From NCBI GenBank assembly GCA_002633005.1, contig NMRA01000252.1, positions 341,646 through 405,645 of the forward strand: a stretch of 64,000 nt of DNA. The letters are read 5' to 3'. Under the pieces are notes generated by a model. It was given only the letters and a program-made list of their open reading frames with translations. It did no database searches and was not told the origin of the DNA. Origin of the DNA: Phoronis australis. Taxonomy: Eukaryota; Animalia; Phoronida. This document shows positions 28,752 through 43,700 of the stretch, in pieces (position 1 is the stretch's first letter; the number at the start of each line of letters is the position of its first letter). Made by a program: the position numbers and the translations under genes.

Positions 28752-31700
28752 CTGAAATAGACACACTTCAGTGGTTAGCAAACAGATTAATCCCCGGTCG
28801 CCAACTTTTACAGACTGTACGTGGTACCGGAAATAACTTTTTATGTTATCCGTGTCTTGCACTTGTAATTCAGTTGTTGTTTCTGGTCTTGTGTTTTTGT
28901 TATTTCTTTACTGTGATTCTAATATATTTATTATCATTATCATTACTTTTAATATAATTATTATTACTATTATTATTACTATAACATCAGGTGCTACCGT
29001 GGACGTTTCAAAGAAATTTTGCAAGGGTGTATAAAACATGCGTAGGTCAAGTTTTTGATTCAGTAAACGATTCCTCATTGTGCCGGTTTAGCCCGCATTC
29101 CCGACTGAGGATACCGGTTTTCAGACGGAGGCCTGATAGCAATCTTTCTTTTGTTAATTACCAGGTTCACTCTTTTGTCCCTTGTAACAATCCCCACTCC
29201 AAGTACTAGGCTAACTACCACGCTGAATTCATTAATGCGAACACGCATCGACTCAACTGTGCAGCTTTTTGACCATTTTTATCGTATTTCTTCAGTCTGC
29301 GAAAGAAAGATTCTACAGTCACCTTTCACGGGGAATTTGATTTACGAAGCCACACACGATCAAAATACGAGTTTCTACAACTGACAGCTCCATGTATTTC
29401 ATCCAATAGCTTATTGCGATAATTGCCACGTACAACACAATAGGAGCTTAGATTATCTGTTCCGTGATATCAAGGGCGGGCGGCGACAGGGATTTTTCCG
29501 GTTGATAAAGAAGCAATGTTCAGTACACTAAGCTACCACTGTAGGCCCCGGTTTCCTGACGTTTGTGTGCGTGCGCATGTCCAGCATATACTATGTGTCT
29601 GGTGGGGATGTGATTTGACCTGTTCAGTTTAGATACTTAATCTCAGTCCTTACCTGTATTGTCGCGTTGATCATATACGTGTTCACTGTCAAGGTCGTCA
29701 TCTGGAAGAACGAAAAAAAAAACGTGTCTTCAGAATAAGTTGGTTTCAGTCTTCAGAATAAGTTGGTTTCAGTCTTCAGAATAAGTTGGTTTCAGTCTTC
29801 AGAATAAGTTTGTTTCAGTCTTCAGAATAAGTTGGTTTCAGTCTTCAGAATAAGTTGGTTTCACTCTTTAGAATAATTGGTTTAAGCTGCCATTGCGTAA
29901 GTGGTCAGTAACGTATTGTTAGACATTTGAGTGATACTCATATTTTGGTTTGTCTAGCGAAGTATGTTTTTGTAACACTCTACTATATGCAGTGATTTTG
30001 CGCTACATTGGAAAGAACTGTTTGAGCTAAACACCTACAGAGCATGGGTTTTGCAAGATTCATTTTGTCCGAGACATCGCATGTACCCTACATTAGACCT
30101 ACAGGTACGTACATTTCAACCGATGAAGGCAAGATTTGTGCACACGTCTATGTAAAAATATGCCGAGGTCAACAGATGAAACTTTACAAGGACCTGCTGC
30201 TCAGGCGTCCGCGGGTCTTCATGTGGGAAACAGTGAAAGGGCCACCGCGCAGTCAGCTTCCCTGTGCATGAGCATGTCTTAACCCCCGTGGCCAATACAC
30301 AACGTCCACCTACCCTCCATGACGTCATCGTCGTCTTTCATCTTCCGTTTTTGTCTGCCCTTTCTGTCACTACCTTCGCCATTTTGACGCCTTGCTATCT
30401 TCTTCACCTGCAATGTATCATATACACACATACACACATGTATGCAAATATGTCATATTTTCAAAGTTGTTGGCTCTATTGTTTTTTATGAACTACTGTC
30501 ATAGAACTCGCTTTTCATCGACCGCTAGCCAGGAAAACTTAGGAGAACAGATAGAGTATGACCGCGTGTTTCGTACTTATGCATGGCGATATTTCGCGAA
30601 AACTTCCGTTTTCGTGATGTTTTTAATCTAGTAGGGAACGCAACCCTGTTTTGGTGGCGCCTCGTTATTCCGATGAAGCAGAACTAGGGTTCATTATCAT
30701 ATCAAACTGGCAGAATTATTGTCTCAATACTATTAACTAGACAAGTCCTGGAAATAGAGTACAGCATGTTGTCAAAGTATGTAAACAAGTTTTGCAACAC
30801 GACCTTTCGAGCTATAGTCAAACAGAATTTGAAGTATGCCAGTGTGAGCCCAAAATTCATATACCGAGTAGTACAACAAATAAAACATAACCGAAGAATG
30901 CTAATTCAGAAATCTTTAAAATCACATCTCATTCATCAATGATATGGACAAAATAGCACAGAGCCAATTCGTAAATGACGTCACTACTTGAGCAAATATT
31001 GGTGCCACCCAACATATAAACAGTCTCACTCCGATGTTTTCGTTTATAAGTGTCGCAGAAGACTAATTTTCGAAGTGTTTAGATAGGCCTACGTGTTCCT
31101 ACACTATTTTGTTGTTTAAGGCGGTGCACGGTGTGTGTATACATGTATGGCACCACAAGACTTTCCAGCCACCATCTGTCGCGGACTGGGACAACTTACC
31201 TTGGCTCTTTGATTTTGAAACCATACTTGCACAACACGCACCGTTAGTCCCGTCTCAGCCGCTAGCGCCTCTCTTGTCTGTAAACAGAATGAAACAACCC
31301 CAAACTGTAGAAAATGGTGTTGCTAAAACGCGTAATAGGGGCTAATGACTCGATGTGAATGTGAAAACATTTTATTTCTTTGTTTGCAAATGGTGAAAAG
31401 TGTAAATTTTGCCACCGAGTGCTTAATACTCTATGATCGGTGTGTTGAAAGTTGAAAAACGACAAATCTTTTTAGTTTTAGGTTGAATTGACATTGGGTG
31501 TTTTTTCATGGTAGTTTAAATTTCAATCGTCAATGATTAATCCTGCGCACACAGTGGTTACATCTTGTAGTAACATAAGGCTCATATACCGAGTAAATGT
31601 CTGCAAAGGTCTCATTGTTGAAATCGACAAAACTGTGGTACATCAAAGGCAGTTCCCATTGTGATACTACACTGAGAACACATTTTTTGGGTGTGAAGAT

Positions 31701-34700
31701 ATCTTCACTCTTTACCATGACATAGGTGGATTTAGGGGGGGCAAGGGTCCCGCTCCCCTCCAGGCTGGTGATAGGAAACAAGAAGGAAAAATAAACAGCA
31801 GCAACAGCGTGAAGAGGGGGGCAGCAGTGGTGGATTTAGAAGGGGGGCTAGGGGGCCATGGCCCTCTAAAATCCTCCCAGATTCCATTGGGGCAATTCGT
31901 GGGTGCGAATGTCTGACGGCCAAAACCCTGGCTAATACTCTGCACTGGCCCCCCTAACTCAAAATCCTGGATCCGCCCCTGGGCAGAGCCCAGCGGAATC
32001 GTGTTCCCGTTTTTAGTCCTCCCGTAGAACTTGGCAACCGGGTCCATATCGTCAGCCCCCGCAACTTTCGGGCCGCCTGTGCATACAGTCGCGCTTTGCC
32101 CAGTTCTCCGAGGCAACATCTTGGTCCCCCCCTTATGCTATCCTAGATCCGCCACTGCATGAGGTTGCAAAGTTGAATATTCATGTATTGTATGTTGTTA
32201 CTTACCTTTCTGCACGGCTTGGGGTTGACTTCAAACGCTGCCTTGAACTTCCTCCGCTGGCTCGTTGTCAGTATTGTTCGTGGTCGTTTCGGACCTTTCC
32301 CTGCGTCACTCTCATTATCTTCTACACTTGAATCGCCTTCGCCTGCAAATTCGAGTGACAATTTAGGGACTGGAGCACGTGACCAACATATAGAAACTGT
32401 TATTTATTAAGAACATACTTCTGTAGATGAAAGATTAAGTATGTATGTGTTGCGGCAACTTGAAGTGAAGATACGTTGAAAGATGGAGCCTGAGGTTGGC
32501 TGTTTATTATATTGTGATTCATTTAGGGCAAATAAATTTCCTCTCCAAATACCAAACTTTTAAATTGTTCAGACTATAGAAGAGTGGAATGATTAAAATT
32601 ATTATTTCAACATATTCCTAGAATATTCGCCAAATTTGACAAGTCAGTGTACAAGCGTAAGTGCATTTATTTGTATACATTCAAAGTCAAACTGAGGCTG
32701 GCTACAGATCTTTATTGTGGTTTATTTGTTCATATTGTTCGTGTTAATGAACAATAATTTTGTGACTGTAATGAACAAACTCCACGGTACAATAAAGGCG
32801 ACATTTTTATGCCCCGCTAAACATTATTGTGTTAAGCGTTATATTCTGGTAATAAAATTAGCAAAAAAATTATACAGTCGCAGGGAGGTGCTTTTTTACT
32901 TACGTGCACCATACCTATACAGGTACAGGTCAGCGGTGTTGCTAAACCCCTAACTCAAAATCCTGGCCGCCCTTGCGGTATTACAAAAAGACTGCCTACT
33001 GGAAAACTTTGTTTTTCTGTGAATGAATGCGCATTCACTTCACACCTTCGCGATCGACTCGTCCAGTATTTATTGTAACATGCTAACAAATAACATGTAT
33101 GTCCGTCACTCGGTTTATTAGATAATAACTTGTAATTAACGTGTGAGTAATATACCCGTGTGTTTAACGTGGCCTGTGTGCTGCAGGTAATCCGCCATTA
33201 CAATTTTGACACTGACGTTAGCAAGGAACAAAAGGAAAATTGGTTACGTTTACCTGGACTGCGTTCTGTAGACCCAAGATTATCGCGAGAAAAGTTAGTG
33301 TGATCACGTGTTTAGCTTCTGTGATACAAGGTGATATCTTATGAAGATTTTCGTGTTTTCATGAGTTTGTTGGGTATATGAACACAGACCTGACTACAAT
33401 AACATGGCGTATCCTTGTTTTCACGGGCGTCTAATTTCGTTTCGGTTGTTTTTCCTGTGTGCTATAATTTTGGTAAATATTTTGTCCTTGTACTGTCGCA
33501 TTCATGTAAGAATCAAACTCGGGCAAGACAATTTGACCTTAAATAGACTTTTAGGTCATCTGTCTCGTGACGTCACTAACTGATGACTCGGTGTATGCCG
33601 CATAGGCGGATTTAGGGGGGGACAGGGCCCCCCCCCCTCGGCTGCCGCAAAAAATAAAACAACTAGAGCGTAGGGAAATGTTGAGTATAGTAATTGACCC
33701 CGGTAATTAAAGTTATAGGCCTACGGATGAAACAAGATTTAAATGTGTGCAGTTTTAGTGTTTGGAAGGGGGGGGGGGGCTCAGATCCGTTTCCGTCGTC
33801 TACTCCACTGTGCAATGAAGAAATTTTACTTCATTTTTTAAAGAAAATGGAACCTGAGTGACGATGAAAAAACAGAAGCTGCCGGTAAGATGTGAATTTT
33901 AATATAAGCCTTACTGAGTAAATTACTCAGAAACTCCGAATTCTCTCTTTGTCAAACCTTAACTTAAGACGATTTCCAAAGCAATCCCGTCATTATTGCC
34001 AACACGAAAAACGGATTTGGTCCTTTGGGCATTTGAAGACTATTTTAACTTCAACAAATTTGTTATAAACCGATTGCACAAATTATAAAACGTGTAATAA
34101 GCATTACAAAAAGAAGTAGGTTTCGCGCGCAAACGCTGTGGCCCATAAACAAGTAGGTCTCTTAGTATCCTCTTAGAATTTAGTCGTGGTGATGTAATGG
34201 TAAAGCACGCGCGCTCTATACGCCAGGTCGTGAGTTCGAGTCTTTGGTGTTTGCTGTTTTTCGTGTTTTCTCCGTTTTTATTTTGCCTTTTTTGATAATA
34301 CTTCAGGAATCAAGGAAAATGTTTGATGTTTAGAGGAAAAAACAGAAAAATTCCCTTGGCGGTAGAGGGGTTTGCCGACCTCCCCCCATTCGGTGCTATG
34401 CGCATCTACAATCGTGGTTTGCGCAAATGCTTACAGACAAAATGTTGGGCCCCCTTGTGATATCCTAGATCCGCCACTGATGCGTCACAAATTTTTAAGG
34501 CAAAGTGGTCAACTTGAGATTGTTTTGTGGAAAACTGCAAGTTGAAGTGAAATTGACACAACAATATTTTGTGGCGGTGGCGCTAAACATTTATCTATAA
34601 ATACCAACTCACTTTTGGGACTGAGAGGTATGACGGCGTATTCTTTTTCAAAGTCAAGCCTACAGAACAATTGTCCGTCTTTGATCACGAACTGATCGCC

Positions 34701-37700
34701 TTTCTGTAGCCGTATTCCGCACGCCACGCAAACAAAGCAGTGCAGGTGGTAGACATTGCCCAAGGCTCTCATTACCAGCTCGTTGGCAGGTATAGCTTGA
34801 GCGCACCCACTACACTTAGTCCCGAATAATCTGAAAGTGGAGAGATGAAGTCATGAACATATGACCAATGGAAATGCAAGTGGTATAATACAGTTGTAGG
34901 TGACCGGATAAACGAGAAACTCGGTTAATTTTTGCCACTGCTGTGTCACGTTGTACATGTAAATTTGGCCATTTTCAATAACAATAGTTTCACCCTGTCT
35001 TAACGTCATGCTACCGTGATCTTGGCTTTGTAGCCAATAAAACGTTTGAAGTCTTGCCGCAACAAGACGGGCTTTGTACCATAGATAACAGTGATAAACC
35101 AATCATTGATTTTTGATTGTTTGCTTATCATGTTGTATCAAGTATGGAAATGTAACACCACTTTTACTAAGGTATCAGGTTTATTTATTTATTTATTCAA
35201 TGAAGTACTTATGTTATCGATTACAAATGGCAGTCTTCCAACCTTAGGTCAAATATATGGATAGCGAATAATTACCGTGTCGTTATTTCTTTTGATTACT
35301 ATAATTTTATTGTATTGTATTGTATTATATTGTTGTATTGCGTTGTGTTGTGTTGTAAGCCTACTGTGGTCTTCAGCTGTGCTTGGGTCGTATTTCACTA
35401 ATTCTTACACATGAACGTATTATATCACCCTTCACTCTCGTTCCGTACAGGTGTAAATTCAAAGTATAACTAGTGTCAGCACACACGAAAGCTCAGTTGT
35501 CACACTGGTTCCGTGGTTGTGTATTACTAACTCAGAATGAACAACTCGGAGAACCGCACCAAGAACGCTCTGCGTTGGCTGCCCATGCTATCACGTGGTC
35601 GACAGCGCAGATTTAGATTTAGAGACGTCATTAATAATGCATAGCCTAATAGGAAGCTACACGTGTAATTAAGCGCTGTAGTGTGCAATAAGAGATGGTG
35701 ATGACGTAACAACAATAATCATCTTTTACATGTTAACAAATCTAGTACGTGCAGTTCATAAAGCATAACTTACGAGTGTATTATGTACAAATAACACAAA
35801 GCAATGAAACGACTGAAGGCTGACTCTGCCTATTAAATAGTTGCAAACGGCCAACAAATACAGGATCATTGTGGCCGTGATTTCGCAAGCAATCATTTAG
35901 ACAATTCGCAAATGGCTTTTGACAATGACTTGGATAAATTTCAGTATGGATATTTGAAAAGAGCAGTAGTCACGACGTTTATAAAGACGGATTGATGCGA
36001 TCTGGCGCGCTGAATATACCCGTACATGGTGGACTGAAGCATTTTAATTAGAAATAAATTTCTATCGATAACTTGCCTTGATAATTGAAAGATCAAAATG
36101 ATCGCAATTTGCACCTGTGTTTGGGATGGGCTCCAGTACTTAGTTCATATTCAAAGGGAGTCTTTCATAAACTGAATGTTAAGTACTCATACGTCTGCCA
36201 ACAACTGTATGCTATATTCAGACACTAAGACTATCATTGACGAGGCCAAATTACGGGATTTATCACGTGTTAAAACTGCAGTTGTCGATTTTTTCTCTTA
36301 GGGCCATTTTCAAATTTATACAGAAATATAATACGTATGCAGGGGTGCATGTGTGGAGAATAATGATGAATATATAGTAATGCAATTGTAGATTGTTAGG
36401 ATGCACGACAAGTGGGTTAAGGAGTTTGTCGTGGCGGCGAATCCAAACTCGTTAGCAATAAAATAATAAATAAAGCAAGCGCAGGGAAATTAAAAACATT
36501 GAGACAGACTTCCATGACAAAACAGAGGTGGCGCTGCATGTTGCTTTTTAATTTTCGGCATACTTTTTAACAGACATATCAAATTAGAACGTCTAAGTCG
36601 AAGAAAACCATGACAAAACATGATTTAATGCAAGTTTTCTTTAAAAAGTTATTTCTTGAAGTTTATTTGCCTATTTCCGCTACTCCCAAGGACCCGGTAG
36701 ACGTTTTCCTTCAGAAACGGTCGTCCCCCCCCCCTCCACCTTCGCATACAACAGCCTGAATCAGCCAGAGGAATGTTCGCTACCGCTTCGGCAAATTTGA
36801 CGCCTTTAATATTAACTACTGTGACCAATGAAATTTCGTATACATTGTTCTGTGACTTGCAAAACACCCACGTTTGCATTCATACGTTAGAAAATTGCAA
36901 TGGACATGTAAAGCAAAGTGTTTAACGTTGCGTTGATGGTACTGCCGGCAAATTCAACATTTTCTTTCAAAAAATCAACAAAAAAACATCTTCAGCATTG
37001 GACACCATGATCAGTCACGTGTTACCGTGTTATTGTCAATGAACCTGTCCAGTTTGTAGTCAGGCCGTGGCCATGGAATTGATGGCTATGTGCTCATTTA
37101 ATTCTTAAGTTCACTGTAAAAATAAACAAATACCCGGATGAAAATAAATGAGAAAATTATTACTACTACACCTCCTCAAAGTTGACAAAGTGCACTAACA
37201 AGGGGTCGCAACTTTGCCCCTTAGTCGGCCCGCCCATCAAGTAAACATATCGCCTGTCCGATCCTGCGGTAACCTTGGCAACGTAACAAAGCCATCTTAT
37301 CAACTATCAAACGACGCGGGTTATCATGGCCGACATGCCAGACAATCGTAGCAGACGATCGGCTGAACGCGCGCTGTTGGAATGTCGGCAGAAGATCAGT
37401 CGTTGTGAATCAGACGACTTGATGTGGATACGCAGGAATCAAGAGATTTCTCGCCCGTGAAGTTTGCGTGAGGATTTAGGACATTTAGTTCAGGTCTTTT
37501 GGTCACGAGTTTGCTTGTTGTTAGCTTTGCGCTTGATAGTTTACATTGCCATTTTTCATTGAATCGATTTTTAATGTGTTACGTTTTGTGACACACGTAC
37601 ATGTTCATACACGTGTTGAACGGCTTACGTAAAATGCTAACGTTGGATATTTGACCAACATTTGCTAGTCTGGTTGTCTTGAACTACATGTGGAGAAATG

Positions 37701-40700
37701 ATTGAGTAATACTGAACGTTTTGTTTAAACTGTAGATCCTCAAAGGTGATTACCTGCGTCTACAGGTAAACTGACTTTTTCGGAAACGCGGAGTCATGGT
37801 CATAATTTTCTTAGAAATTTATTGCACGCCGCACGTCTTTCATATTAAAGAGATCTTTGCCATATGCTAAACCGCGTGCTTTGTTTGAAAGCTCATCGAC
37901 TCCAGACGGCGATGGTGCGAGCCACAAACAGCTACAAACACGCCCGGAACTTGTTGGTTGCAGTTATCTCACCAACACTCGAGGATTGTTACGCGGTCTC
38001 TCGAAAAATCCTAGGGACGGATGACTGCTGCGGAATGAAACTAGAGTTATCTTGTTAACACTGGGGAGAGATACACGACGTTTGAAGTGGGATTAACCGT
38101 GTAGTATTGTCCAACACGACACATCGTATCTTGTAAATCCAACCTCGCCAGTGATAAGAATAGATAAGCGCCTCTCGTGAGTGTAAATAAAACCAATCTG
38201 GCACACTGTTGAACGCGCTGGCTCTCACCAGTCACAGTCATACGACACAGCTACAGGAAAACACTTTTTTAATCTAAGTTGTTCTTATATTTTCGCATTG
38301 ATAATCAGATATTATTTTCGTTTTATTATCTTTGTAACTCGTTTTCATATTCATTCTTGATTATCATAAATGAACTGTTTTTTTCTTAAAGCGACTTTGC
38401 AAGATCTCAATGAGCTCATTCACAGCGTGGAATAGAACTCACAATGCCAGCGATTACAAGTCAGCGCTTGGAGTTGCTGGCGGATCTAAAAACTTCACTC
38501 GTACTTTTAGGCGTGTTTAACTGATTTCGCCGAATGGCTGGCAGCTGAAAACAGCAATAATTTGCGACTTGTGATTTAATTCTAAACACAAAAGGATTTT
38601 GTAGTTCGATAGTTTTTCAAAGTTAATAATTTGATAAATCCGCCCCTATTCAACAGTAATACCAAAAATGTGTTTTGGCCATAAAATCAACTTTGTGCCC
38701 TTGTTTTTAAATTGTCTCACATATCTTTTTTGTAACTGCACTGTACATTTGTTATATAGTCAACCGATCAATACATTTAAAGTGATGTGTTTGGCGACAG
38801 CGAGGCGTCAATAAAACAAGCAAAATTGAACAGAATTACACGAGTTTATCCCAGGCAAAGTATTAACATTTGTTTGAAGCCTTTTCATAAAATGACTTCA
38901 GTTTTACCACGTGATGCAAAACTTGCTAAAGACACTTGTTGTTGACCACCTTTATTCCATTCTGTTCGTATCCTCGAAACAAAGTTCGACATTCAACAGA
39001 ACACTGGACGTAAAGTAACTGAATAGGAAACACGTGAATGTATTTTTCCTTTATTTTCGTAAAAATCTGAGAGACCAATGACATTCGACTTACCGACCAT
39101 TGAATTACGCGACCTTCAGGTACAGTACCTATTGCCTGACTCGCAAGCTCATTTCACCCGTGCCTTGTTTAGGCATGGTGCACACCAGTAGACAACTCTC
39201 AAGACGTTAGCCCTCCCAAATATGGATAGTTGTTACAGCTATGAGGCCAAAGGTCACGGGTGGAGACTGGGTGGTTACAGATTCATTTTAAGAATTTCAA
39301 TGAGCTCCGCGAAAACTTTGAAATTGCGGCGTTAGCTTTGACATTGAAGCAACGTTACTGTTGTCGAGTTCAAGAAAGTAATTCAGTTTTTGAAAATATA
39401 TCATTTGCCCGTAACAATGGTCAAATCCGTCTCCACAGAAGTGTTCAACCTATGTAGGTTACATTATTTGGTGTAATGAGTTAAAAAATGTTCGTTCGTC
39501 ATTAAATTTCAACCTCTAAACACTGGCCAGCATAATGGTAATCCATTCTTCTTTTCATAAAATATTCAATGATGTCTAATGTATAGAGGTCTCAGGTTCA
39601 AGACTTGAAGACGACAGGATACTAACAGCAACGAAATGTGATCAGTCACGTGTCAAACAACACACAAAAGTTGAGAATTAATTCGATAATTAATTAATTT
39701 AATAATCAATTTCTTCAATCTGAAACTGTATTTGTAGTTGTTACTTGTGTTCTCATGCTATTCGAATAAACATTTAAGCACAATGTCCGGGCACAAAAGG
39801 ACTTCTGCACGATTTCAACTGGTCTCATAGTATGTTCAGAGGACGGGAAGACCTACCATGGATTCTAAACGGTTGGGCTACGTTGCTTAGACCCAAGACA
39901 ATCGTGTGATCACGCGCTCGGTGATATCTCGTGAAGGCTTGCGTGGTCTTATGACATATGCATTCACCAATATACAGCGATTACAAATAACGAGACTACA
40001 ATGAATAGATTTTAAAATTACGAGATTGCCAGTGCACTGCAGCATTGCGGGTACTACTGTTGATACATTTGAAGAGATTTCTAAAAGCAAATGTAAAGAA
40101 CAGTGTTCCCTAGTGATGGCGCGTTCTCAGTGCGCTTTGACGCGAGAGCGGTGAATTCTGAGGCTATGTCTACACACATGGGGTTGCAACCAAATTATGA
40201 AACCATGTGCCTGTAACAGGTACAACGCCAATTAACACTTGTAGTCTTCACAACTGTTAACTACACCTTCATACAGAGCGACACGCCCGGCGCTTTGTCG
40301 CATTGAATCCTCTCAACGTGTTTTTTTATTTCCAAACTACTGGCCTTGGGCAGTTGAAAGCACAAACGGTCTTGCTTTTAATGTACACAAAATGGCTACG
40401 ATTGTCTGCTTGCAGATAGCGACTTCTTTTCTGTTATGAGGTGAAAAAATGAAATCCCAATCAATCAACCAATCAATCAACCAATCAATCAATTAATATC
40501 TGATTTCTCTGCCCGTTGGATACGGTTTACCACCAGTTCCTTTGGCTGTTATAGCGTTTAAGAACAAACAAGCAAATAATTGTCTGAACAATCGTTAACC
40601 AATGAGAGAGCCGGCGAAACGGAAGTTCTGAATGGGATTAGACGATTTCCTGATAGATCAAGTCATCCATCACACGTGGCGGTCATGCAAGCGACTTACC

Positions 40701-43700
40701 AAGATTAAAGAATTCATTATTTGGTTTGACAACAAAGCGTTGTTCTTAATAGCTGAAGAAGTGTTAAACGATTTCTAACCAATTCGTAATTGAATTAATC
40801 ATTGTGATAATGCTCAGAGATGGAACGTTTGCGTTTGTACTCTAGTAGGTTAGATAGTTATCAAAAAGAGAATTAGAATTTCCGTCATCAAACGTAAACT
40901 CGGTATTCCGTGCCACTTCATAAAAGTGTTACGTTTTGGTTTTTGTTTTCAATAGTATGTTGACCCGTTTGCATCTAACAAAACCTGAGAACATAATTAT
41001 ACAAATCGAAAAAATAAAGTCGGTCTGTGCTTTTCAAGTCCAAATGACGCAACTTTTACTTTTTTATTACGCAATGCAAACATTGTGATAAGGTCTGTAA
41101 AAGTTAACAGTCTAAGCGGATTTCAGCAGACTACAGCAGATTGCAGCAGAATTGTGCGACAACGTCACATGAATTTGCTTCAAATAGCATAATGATTTCA
41201 ACGACATCCAAAAAAATAAGGAAGCTGAGCTGCGTAATCAAACAAAAGCGAGACGACTGACATAACATTGTGTGGTGCATTGTGGGACAATGAACGTGTT
41301 AGGATCAGGCAGGAAAACCATTATTTTGTTGTAAATATTTAAACTTAACATTATGAAGAATTTCTACATCTGTTATCACCTGCAAGTAAAGGTCTGTCCA
41401 AGATGATTACTGACGAAAAATCATTTTCTTTAAAAATCCAATTATACCACATTGCCGCGCTTTAGACCCATGGGCCTACATCCGAAATAAGCTCTTTATC
41501 ACGTTTTATCAAAGTGCTTAGCACATTGGTTCATGCGCCTAACTTGTGCATAAAGGTCCAAGTAATGTGCCCAAAATAGGCTCATGGACGCAACCGTTTT
41601 GACAACCACAGCGCCTCCTAATGGTAATGTTGCTACTTTTGCCTCTGTATGTTTGAAGCTCCTTGGATTAGCGCGTTAGCCTAAGTTTCGCATGTAGGCG
41701 TTGTTCTGCATAGACACCCAATGCGTGTCAATACCTTCATTTTATTATGTTCGTGTAGGCTTCAGATGTCTTGAGATAACGCATAGATAGATTTTGGAGC
41801 CCATAAGCATAAGAACAAAAACACAAAGTAGAAAATAGTGTACGCATGTCGAGAACTATGTTTGAACCCCATACGATCTTATAGATACGCCTGTCTTGTG
41901 ACGATGAAATTAAACCTACTCAAGGTTAGAAACAGAACCACACCAACCTCAAGCCCATTCCACCATAAACGTACAAAAAAGACATCTTATTTCTCTCGAG
42001 CCAGCTATTTCGGCAAAACCGACGAAGAAGTCTTCAGTACAGCAGTAGCTCTTCACAATCACAGCATGTACGCGATTCCGCATTTCTGCGAAACTTCCAA
42101 AAACAAACCAGTGATCAACGCGTCTTTAAACCTGCGTTCCGTCTGGGAAGCGAACTTTTGAAAGGGGTCACCTACCGCTATCAAATTTGATCTCGACTTA
42201 TTCAGATGAAAAGTGATTTCTGGGTTTACAAAAGAATTGCCGGCGTTAGTCCTTGACAACACGATCAGCGCAGGACACCCCGTGACGTAACAACCCAACT
42301 TGTAAGGCCTGGGTAGAGATGAGTAAAACTAGGACTTACGCTAGGACATCGCTAAAGTCTCGCCAAAATCACGCGTTTTCATTTAAAATGTACGGTAATA
42401 TCTCAAGTAATCTAGCGAAGTGTTGCTTTTTTGTACTCTCCCCTGGTGCCATTTCCAATTTGACTAAGGAAAATTCTGATATCACTTCACAACGTTATGT
42501 GATCTAAATCAATTGTTTTGTGATGAAGGGGGTTTTCAGCGTTATAACCACTTTCAGTTTCACTGTATACTCTTCTTCGGGGTATTTTGTGAGAAATCTT
42601 ACGTTCATGATTTATAACAGATCAGTTCTTTACACAAATGGAGGAGGAAATGTTACGTGCCGCTCAGAATGCTTACGTTTTCTACACCGTTTTCGCTGCG
42701 AACGGGTGGGTTTTCGGACAAAATTACCTACGTTTCCACTATCTAAATGAATGCGTATCATGATTTCCCTGTTGTACCCCCCGTCCAAACATAGTCGAGT
42801 ACCCCCGTGTTTCGTAGCAGGAGACACAGACCCGTATAGCACAACGAAATGAAAAAGATTGCTTAATTCTACCAGCTCACGCCAGGCCCGTGTGTTCATA
42901 GATTTCACCTGCTGGTGGCCACTCCCATACATGTGGCCTGCAGCTCGCTGTTCTGCTAATGTCACAGAACTTCGAGCTAATAACATTCACAATCACATAC
43001 GTGCAGGTCACACAGAGTGAGGAGTGACAACCATATCTAGCTGTAAAGGGAAATCTTTAACTAAATTTGTCATCGCGACACGGAACAAAATGTTATATAA
43101 CTAAAAACGCAATTCAAAAGTTGTCCATATAGAGATGGTGGCGTTTCACGCTCGTCTAAGAATGCTGGTAGAGTTTCAAATGGGAGGAAATTTCGCAGAA
43201 ACGGAGTTGTCACTGGAGTTGTCCTTTGCACGTAATTATAGTACATATGTTGATATTTATACTAGATGGTATACTTTACCCTAAAACATCAGAAACAACA
43301 CGAGCAGCACTTCAAAAACATTTCAAAAACCTACAGTTTAAAGCTCATACCGTAATCCTCATGAAAATACTGATTTTGAAATGTATCGAATTTAATATCG
43401 TTTTACTATTGGAGTATTATTCCTAAACGTTCATGCTACATATCATTATGATCAATATTATTATTATTATAATTATTATTATTATTATTAATATTAGTAT
43501 TATTATTATTATTAGTGGTATTTTGATCATCATCACCATTATTATTATCATTATCATTATCGTAATTGTTGTATTAATAATAATTTTTGTTATTATTATT
43601 GTTGATGTTATTTTTCTCATTATTTGTTATTATTATTAATAGTATTTTTATTGTTGCTGTAATTATTATTATTTTATTATTATTTATTATCGTTGCTGTT

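Noticed and set aside
42160-42990. Possible degenerate THAP/Kolobok remnant (..PTFPL..ARV..)
   Set aside because: No matching TIR pair or TTAA TSD found, and the motif needs several assumed frameshifts.
43423-43639. Poly-Ile ORFs (also poly-Leu/Asn ORFs at 62622-63838)
   Set aside because: Translations of (ATT)n microsatellites.
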